The notes beneath the pieces were generated by a model. The model saw only the letters and a program-made list of their open reading frames with translations. It had not been told where the DNA came from and ran no database searches. Position numbers and translations under genes: made by a program. Positions 57,968 to 64,000 of a stretch of DNA of 64,000 nt are shown in pieces; position 1 is the first letter of the stretch; every line of letters starts with the position of its first letter. The stretch is from an uncultured Candidatus Saccharibacteria bacterium (GTDB taxonomy: Bacteria; Patescibacteriota; Minisyncoccia; Phycocordibacterales; CAIZLB01), in contig CAYVEK010000002.1 of NCBI GenBank assembly GCA_964450605.1, positions 199,805 to 263,804 on the forward strand, in the 5' to 3' direction.

Positions 57968-58291
57968 TTATGAAAGCAAAGTTCCAGGTAGAACATCTCG
58001 AGACATGGTTGCGATAGCAAGACCTTCAGCATCTTTACCTGCAAGTATCATGGCTTGTGATGGTATACCCATAATCTCTCGTGATTCTAGGTTTGTTACA
58101 AATATTTTTTGACTCCCAACAAAAGAATCAATACTTACATATTGTGCAATACCAGAAACTACCGTTCGAGGTTGTTCTTCTCCAAAATCAACTGATAATT
58201 TTAATAATTTTTCTGATCCTTCAACTGGTACAGCTTCCAGAATCTTTCCTACTCGGAGTTCAACTTTTTTGAAATCATCAAATGTAATCAT
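57968..58291 (-). CDS. tRNA-binding domain protein (CsaA/Trbp111-like OB fold).
   Basis: FKKVELRVGKILEAVPVEGSEKLLKLSVDFG... Confidence 0.7.
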   Translation of the reverse strand: MITFDDFKKVELRVGKILEAVPVEGSEKLLKLSVDFGEEQPRTVVSGIAQYVSIDSFVGSQKIFVTNLESREIMGIPSQAMILAGKDAEGLAIATMSRDVLPGTLLS

Positions 58292-58303
58292 GATACAAGT
58301 ATA

Positions 58304-58756
58304 CTATACTCCTCGCTTCATATCGAGAAATCCTTGAAGCATGTACGCTGCAGTTTGTGCGTCATCGTCTTTTGTGTGTTCACGTATAGCTTTAGCATTT
58401 GAGGCTGTATGTTTACTATTTGTACTTTGTACAAAAGTAGAACGCAACATCGCCTGACTTCCAGAAGTGGTAAAACGCTCATCAAAGCGATGTACGACCA
58501 GTCCAGGTTTTATGTCCATAAGCTCTGCTATATATAGAACAGTTTCGTCCTCTATCTTGTTGTCACGACCACTCAGGTCGAGAGACTTGCCTATAACTAC
58601 CTCTCCGATACCCTCTTTTTCCAATATATCTATAGTTTCTCGAGCCCTTTCTGGTGAGTTTTTAAGTATTTGAAATGGAAAGGCGAAAGTGGCCGAGTCA
58701 TCACTCTTTGCCAAACCTATCTTTTTACTACCGAAGTCTACCCCTAGATATTTCAT
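58304..58756 (-). CDS. ruvX: Holliday-junction resolvase-like YqgF/RuvX.
   Basis: MKYLGVDFGSKKIGLAKSD. The start was moved to the ATG at 58756. The track's longer ORF overlaps tRNA-Ser. Confidence 0.8.
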   Translation of the reverse strand: MKYLGVDFGSKKIGLAKSDDSATFAFPFQILKNSPERARETIDILEKEGIGEVVIGKSLDLSGRDNKIEDETVLYIAELMDIKPGLVVHRFDERFTTSGSQAMLRSTFVQSTNSKHTASNAKAIREHTKDDDAQTAAYMLQGFLDMKRGV

Positions 58757-58803
58757 AGATAATCTGATAGTATCATAAAAGTCAGTCGACAGGCAGACTC
58801 TAA

Positions 58804-58889
58804 GGAGGAGTGGCAGAGAGGTCGATTGCACCTGTCTTGAAAACAGGAGGGCTGTCATGGTCCCGTGAGTTCGAATCTCACCTCCTCCG
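58804..58889 (+). tRNA. tRNA-Ser (TGA), type II.
   Basis: GGAGGAGTGGCAGAGAGGTCGATTGCACCTGTCTTGAAAACAGGAGGGCTGTCATGGTCCCGTGAGTTCGAATCTCACCTCCTCCG. G73. A terminator hairpin follows at 58950-58985. Confidence 0.85.
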
Positions 58890-59008
58890 CATTAAGAACC
58901 TGGGAGTAACATTGACCCATGTACCCATGAAAGCAGGGCGACCCAGGTGCTAACAAAAACCAGCAAATATAATGCTGGTTTTTGTTTTGTGTCTGAACAC
59001 ATAATTAA

Positions 59009-59764
59009 ATGCTAAAATGCTATTTAATGACAGAGGAAACACAAAACAGTGAGACTACTCCCGATCAAACAACAGCAGAAGGTACATCTGTTTTCAATGA
59101 TAGACGGGTAAAAATTATTAATTGGATGGAACCAAAAAGTTCTGTTTTGTGTAATCTATATAAAAGCGCTGTCATTAATCTGTATAGCGAACCACCAAAG
59201 TATGGCTGGTCCATATTGGTAGCTTATGCAATTCGAGAAATTACAAACCAATTACCTAATCATGTTGCTGATTTAGAAATATCCGACAGAGGCCTGAATC
59301 GTGACGGAGAAATACAAAAAATTGGAAATATCTGGACCGAACAACAATTAAGCTCTCTGATACCAACCGAGAACACGGATACGCCATCTTCGACTGATGA
59401 CCAGACAATAATTCCAATTCCTAGAGATCTCTTTATGATTTTAGCAGATCTAGTTGAAGATAATACTAAAATTGAAGATAGAAAATACCGTAAAGCCTAC
59501 AGGCTTTTTAAAGCGATGATCCCTGAAGGTGAATTTAAAGAGAAAGATCCTATAATCAATGAGTGGGTAGGTGTCACAGGCTGGTTTTCAAAGGATGGAA
59601 AGTTCCATGTAAACAAGAATAAGACGGAGGTCGGTGATGTTGATGAATATAAGAGAAACTTTGAAATGGTCGAAAATATACTAGTAGGAGCTATTCAAAG
59701 TAGAGAAAACTTTGGACAAACACTGACAGAACTAAATACAATATTAAATCATGCCAACAGATAA
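59009..59764 (+). CDS. Hypothetical protein, 251 aa. First gene of a coupled three-gene operon.
   Basis: ORF track. It overlaps the next gene by 14 nt. An alternative start is the ATG at 59027. Confidence 0.55.
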   Translation: MLKCYLMTEETQNSETTPDQTTAEGTSVFNDRRVKIINWMEPKSSVLCNLYKSAVINLYSEPPKYGWSILVAYAIREITNQLPNHVADLEISDRGLNRDGEIQKIGNIWTEQQLSSLIPTENTDTPSSTDDQTIIPIPRDLFMILADLVEDNTKIEDRKYRKAYRLFKAMIPEGEFKEKDPIINEWVGVTGWFSKDGKFHVNKNKTEVGDVDEYKRNFEMVENILVGAIQSRENFGQTLTELNTILNHANR

Positions 59765-62579
59765 CGAAATAAATCAGGTTATAGCACTCTTAATTGAGCC
59801 AGCTCAAAGAAGTTATTTCTTTGAGAATTTAAAAAATCCTTCTTGGGTAGCCCCGCTTTACGCTAAAGGTTTTTTTAAGCATGCTCCTAATATATTGCGT
59901 AATGAAAAGGAAGGCACTGTACAGTTTCCTATTTGGCCAGAATCTAAATTCCTAGCAAAAGTTGCAGCGCAGGCCGACCCTGTAATCCTATTAAAGATTA
60001 TCAAAGAAATTGAAACAGACAATATTAGAGTGAAGGAAGATGTTTTGGAGATAATTGCGAAGCTTCCTATTGATTCTGTAATTTTAATGTCCACTAAGGT
60101 TGTTAAATACCTTGAAGATCCGTATCTACATTTTGGCAATATTCCAGAGAAAATTGGAGATATTATTGAACGGCTGGCTTCGGAGAATAAAATCGAACAG
60201 GCACTTAAGATTGCTCAGGACTTACTCCGACCAATTGCTGAGGTTCAGACTGAGGAGGCAAAAAAAATAGGCCTTCATGCAAATCCAAAATCAAAATTTG
60301 AAATTTGGGATTATGAGCAAATTCTAAAAAATAAACTAACCACTTTAAATAAAACCGAACCCTTTCTTCTACTAGACTTGTTGGTAAATCTGCTATTTAC
60401 TGCTATTAAAGTTTCCAGAGGTGAAAATAGTGACGATTCAGACACTGAAGATTATTTGTATATCAGTAGAAGAAATGTGCGAGACGAACCAAGATCTCAT
60501 AACCACGAACTAGAGGGCTTACTTATCTCAAAGATAGTCTCTGTTGCTAATTTTGCTATTCAATCAGATTCTAAAAACTTTGAACCCGTATTAAAACTAC
60601 TTGAATCAAAAAAATATAATTTTTTCAATAAGATAATTCTTTACTTACTAGCTGAATATCCTAATTTAGATCAAGCTCGAGTCACATCGTATATAAAAGA
60701 AAAAAAGTTTTTTGACGCCAATTGGATTTCACCAGAATATGAATACTTACTTAGCAATGAATTTAAAAATCTCACTCCAGAAGATCAAAAGAACATAATT
60801 GATTGGATCGAAGCAGGACCAGATCTTGAAGTATTTAAAAGGTCTGAGAAATCTTGGACAGGTAATGAACCGACAAATGAAAAGATTTCAAAATACAAAG
60901 AGGCTTGGCAACTTCGTCACCTTCACGTGCTTAAGGATTCGCTTACAGGAAATTTAATGGATAGATATATTGAACTTGTAGCAAAGTACCCAAATTTTGA
61001 CGATAAGATTCAAGAAGGTGTATTTTACGCAGCGAACGAAAGCCCTAAAACAAAAGAAGAACTTCAAAAAATGTCAGTTGATCAGGTTATTAGCCTAATC
61101 AGAGATTGGAAACAAACTGGAGATGGATATGATGGTAAACCTACCAAAGATGGGCTGAGCATTCTCCTGCGAGAAATCATCAAAGAAAAACCTGTTGATT
61201 TTTCTGATAAATTAGATGAACTTAAAGGTATTGATTCGAACTATATCTTCTCTATTCTAATGGGTATAGAGAATGGTCTTGCTGTAAATAAAAATATTCA
61301 CTGGAGTAAAGTTTTATCTTTCTTACTTGAAATATTTTCTACTTGGAAAAAAGAAAAAAAAACTGCTGTGGATACAGAGTCGTTCGATAATGCATCTAGA
61401 AGACAAGGAATAAGTTTGCTGAATGCTGGTTTGAGATCAGGTTCTTTTGAACTTAAAGATAGAAAGGAAATCTGGAGTATTATCCAAATTGCATTAGCGG
61501 ATCCTGATCCAACAATTGAACAAGATGAAAAATTTGAAGATGAAATCACTCTTGCGATAAACTCAATTAGAGGCGAAGCAATGCATAGTGTGATCGAGTA
61601 CGCTCTTTGGCTAAAACGGCACTTCGAAAAGTTACCCGATGCGGCTACACTTATCTCAAGAGGTTTTGATGAAATGCCCGAAGTTTCAGAGACCCTAAAC
61701 AATTATCTGAAATTAGAAGTTGAACCAACCAAGGCCATTAGAAGTGTTTACGGAAGATATTTTCCTTGGATACACTTGCTTGATCCAAAGTGGGCTGTAT
61801 CTAATATTAATAATATTTTTTCTCACACTGAGGAATTACATGGTGATGGTGCATGGGATGCGTTTGTGACCTTAACTTCTCCATACGATAATCTTTTAGA
61901 ACCACTAAAAGTAGAATATAAATTCAGATTAGCTAACGCAAAATTTCCAGAAAAAGATAAGAAACAACCCCTCCGAGAACCAAACGAAAGATTAGTTGAA
62001 CATGTAGTTGCTTATTACTGGAGGAGCAAGCTCAGTCTAGAGGATGATTTGATTAGAGAACTCGTAATAACTGCTGATATAAGACTTCTTTCTCATGCTA
62101 TATCTTTTATGGGAAGAGTTATATACGGCGAAAAAGATACACCTACTGATATCTTAAAAAGATTTACTGAATTTTGGGGTTACGTTTTCACTTCAGTTTC
62201 TACAGATCCATCCAGAGTAGAAGCTCTGAGAGACTTCACTTGGTGGTTTGCTTCAAATAAGTTTGAGCCAAAATGGCTTCTAGACAATTTAGAGGCAGTC
62301 ATTGATGCTTCTGCTGGTATCGATAGCGAAGATTTTGCAATAGATAACCTCGTCTTACTTTCTAAAGACACTCCCGAAAGAGTAATTATTATCCTTGAAA
62401 AAATACTGAATACGGCAAGCAAGCCGTGGGTTGCACACAGTTCAGAAAAAGAAATTATAGAGATACTTAAGAATGCTCAATACTCTGATAGTGTAATAGC
62501 AAAAGATACCGCAAAGCGTTTGGTAGATGCACTGACTAGAAAACATATGTTTAAGTTTCTTGATGTATTAAGTAAATAA
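59751..62579 (+). CDS. Large (942 aa) predicted all-alpha cytoplasmic protein of unknown function.
   Basis: ORF track. No transmembrane helix or signal peptide, and no recognisable catalytic motif. It contains an R-x4-H stretch (SIRGEAMHSV). Confidence 0.6.
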   Translation: MPTDNEINQVIALLIEPAQRSYFFENLKNPSWVAPLYAKGFFKHAPNILRNEKEGTVQFPIWPESKFLAKVAAQADPVILLKIIKEIETDNIRVKEDVLEIIAKLPIDSVILMSTKVVKYLEDPYLHFGNIPEKIGDIIERLASENKIEQALKIAQDLLRPIAEVQTEEAKKIGLHANPKSKFEIWDYEQILKNKLTTLNKTEPFLLLDLLVNLLFTAIKVSRGENSDDSDTEDYLYISRRNVRDEPRSHNHELEGLLISKIVSVANFAIQSDSKNFEPVLKLLESKKYNFFNKIILYLLAEYPNLDQARVTSYIKEKKFFDANWISPEYEYLLSNEFKNLTPEDQKNIIDWIEAGPDLEVFKRSEKSWTGNEPTNEKISKYKEAWQLRHLHVLKDSLTGNLMDRYIELVAKYPNFDDKIQEGVFYAANESPKTKEELQKMSVDQVISLIRDWKQTGDGYDGKPTKDGLSILLREIIKEKPVDFSDKLDELKGIDSNYIFSILMGIENGLAVNKNIHWSKVLSFLLEIFSTWKKEKKTAVDTESFDNASRRQGISLLNAGLRSGSFELKDRKEIWSIIQIALADPDPTIEQDEKFEDEITLAINSIRGEAMHSVIEYALWLKRHFEKLPDAATLISRGFDEMPEVSETLNNYLKLEVEPTKAIRSVYGRYFPWIHLLDPKWAVSNINNIFSHTEELHGDGAWDAFVTLTSPYDNLLEPLKVEYKFRLANAKFPEKDKKQPLREPNERLVEHVVAYYWRSKLSLEDDLIRELVITADIRLLSHAISFMGRVIYGEKDTPTDILKRFTEFWGYVFTSVSTDPSRVEALRDFTWWFASNKFEPKWLLDNLEAVIDASAGIDSEDFAIDNLVLLSKDTPERVIIILEKILNTASKPWVAHSSEKEIIEILKNAQYSDSVIAKDTAKRLVDALTRKHMFKFLDVLSK

Positions 62580-62580
62580 T

Positions 62581-63111
62581 ATGAAGAGAAATCTAAACGA
62601 TTATGAGTACGAGATAGTAAATCAAATTCATATCAGTGAACTTTGTTTTACTATCTGTAAAACAACACCAATATTACAAGGACCGGGCAACCACTTGTTT
62701 CCGTACTTCTTTAACTTAAATATGTCTAAAGGAGTATTAATACTTCACAGCTTGCTTGATCCAACAGGTAAAGAAATTTCTCTTAAGAATTATATCCGAG
62801 AGAATAAAGCCATTCTTTCATCGAGAAAAGATTTCGATATATTTCTAAGTCACATATCAAAAATAACTGCAGAATTTGAAAAAATTACGCCGTGGCCATT
62901 ACGTCATAAAGTAATCGCTCATTTAGATTCAGGTTTTAAACACTCAGACTTTACATGTGCATACTTAACATCCGACAAACTTGATAACTTTATAAAAATA
63001 TCTACTGAGCTTAAAGACACCTTCTTTACTTTTTGTAATTATTCAAAAAATGATGAGCCATTTATGAAAATCAAAGAGCAAGTAGCATTTGCTCTTAGCG
63101 GTGTGAAATAG
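62581..63111 (+). CDS. Hypothetical 176-aa protein, possibly HEPN/Abi-like.
   Basis: It starts 1 nt after the stop of the 942-aa gene. An R-x5-H stretch (LRHKVIAHLD) is weak evidence for HEPN. Confidence 0.55.
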   Translation: MKRNLNDYEYEIVNQIHISELCFTICKTTPILQGPGNHLFPYFFNLNMSKGVLILHSLLDPTGKEISLKNYIRENKAILSSRKDFDIFLSHISKITAEFEKITPWPLRHKVIAHLDSGFKHSDFTCAYLTSDKLDNFIKISTELKDTFFTFCNYSKNDEPFMKIKEQVAFALSGVK

Positions 63112-63116
63112 CACTT

Positions 63117-64000
63117 CTATTCCTTCAGAAGAGTAATCTTCTTATCTTTCAACGTTAACCTACTTCTCAAATGTCCCATCAGCTCACGCTTCTCTAGAGG
63201 GGTTCCTTCTCGCAGTACGTACTTGGCGTATTCTCTCGTATTCACATCATCCTCGTTGATGCTGTATTTTGGCGTGCCTTTGGTCGCTAGCCTCTGAAGC
63301 CTGTTGAATCGTTTGATTTCTTCTTCGAGCTTCATCCTCATGCCAAGCTCGTTGATACTTACCTTGTCGATGACCTTAAATAGTTCCTCAATTAGTTCTT
63401 CCTCTCGGATGTATTTGTTCTTGCAATTTCTGTCTTTAGATTTCGAGCATGAATAGTAGATGTACTTTGCGTTAGTGCCGTCCTTGAGTAGCTTGTACTT
63501 CTCCTGTGCGGTTATGCCTGACTCGCACATACCGCAGGTGAATAGCTTTGTGAATGCGAACTCTCGATTCTCTCGCACTATCTTGTCGCGCTTCAGTTGC
63601 TCTTGTGCTTTTCTGAATAATTCTTCAGTGATAATCGGAGTATGCTTTCCCTGATACCAGTTGCCTGAATCCTTAGGATACTCGAATGGCCCGTAGTAGA
63701 TCGGATTTTCGAATGTTCGGTACACTCCAGAGAGCGTTAGTGGCTTGTTGCCTCGAGTATGGAAATTCAGATCAAACCTTAGCCAGTTGTATACCCTTCT
63801 TCCGCTCCATCCTTCGAGTGCAACTTTTTCGAACATCTTCTTCACTATGGGTGCTCTATCTGGATCAATTGCTATCTGGCACTTCCTGTCCATGAGTTTC
63901 TGATTGAGATACCCGAGAGGTGCCATGCCTGGCCACAGTCCCATTTCCACTCTCGTCCGCAATCCTCGCTTCACGTTGATTCCTCTATTATCGTTTTCAA
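63117..64000 (-). mobile_element. Large serine recombinase (integrase). Only the 3' part of the gene is in the window, encoding the recombinase domain and zinc ribbon; the N-terminal catalytic domain lies beyond the window edge. The gene is GC-richer than its neighbours.
   Basis: Recombinase-domain pattern GLWPGMAPLGY...IDPDRAPIVKKMF. Zinc ribbon CGMCES...YYSCSKSKDRNC followed by a coiled coil. The ORF is open to the window edge. The track start is a GTG, and my coordinate count differs from the track by 1 nt near the end of the window. Confidence 0.7.

Overview
This is a roughly 64-kb window from a low-GC bacterial chromosome, about 35-38% GC by eye. Two segments are clearly GC-richer: 52.49-53.2 kb and the recombinase gene at the 3' end. 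Almost all genes are on the minus strand. I re-translated key regions by hand to confirm identities and start codons. The ORF track uses TTG/GTG starts, so several starts were moved to internal ATGs.

Gene content:
- Core housekeeping genes: ftsK, recA, rpsF-ssb-rpsR, tatD, metG, glyQS, argS, ndk, nrdA/nrdB, lexA, secE-nusG-rplK, ruvX, pilD, pilM plus PilN/PilO-like genes.
- Eight tRNA genes: Asp, Met, an initiator-like Met, a Ser-like tRNA with ACT anticodon, Leu-GAG, Val-TAC, Arg-TCT and Ser-TGA.
- A complete tatC-tatA-tatA translocase that is the 3' part of a nine-gene operon with candidate cargo proteins.
- Four very large or repetitive secreted proteins carrying peptidoglycan-binding (PG_binding_1-like) domains.
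- An accessory stretch at 33.2-37.6 kb: ORF6N, DUF1801, GrpB, EEP nuclease, C39-like peptidase and an orphan MazF-like toxin.
- A GC-rich, horizontally acquired BtpA-like gene.
- At the 3' end, a tRNA-Ser followed by a tightly coupled three-gene operon of unknown function, then a GC-rich partial large serine recombinase. This looks like the edge of an integrated element or defence island.

The overall gene style is small housekeeping genes, type IV pilus genes, huge surface proteins and tRNAs without an encoded CCA. By inference only, this is compatible with a Patescibacteria/CPR-like organism. No CRISPR array and no rRNA genes were seen.
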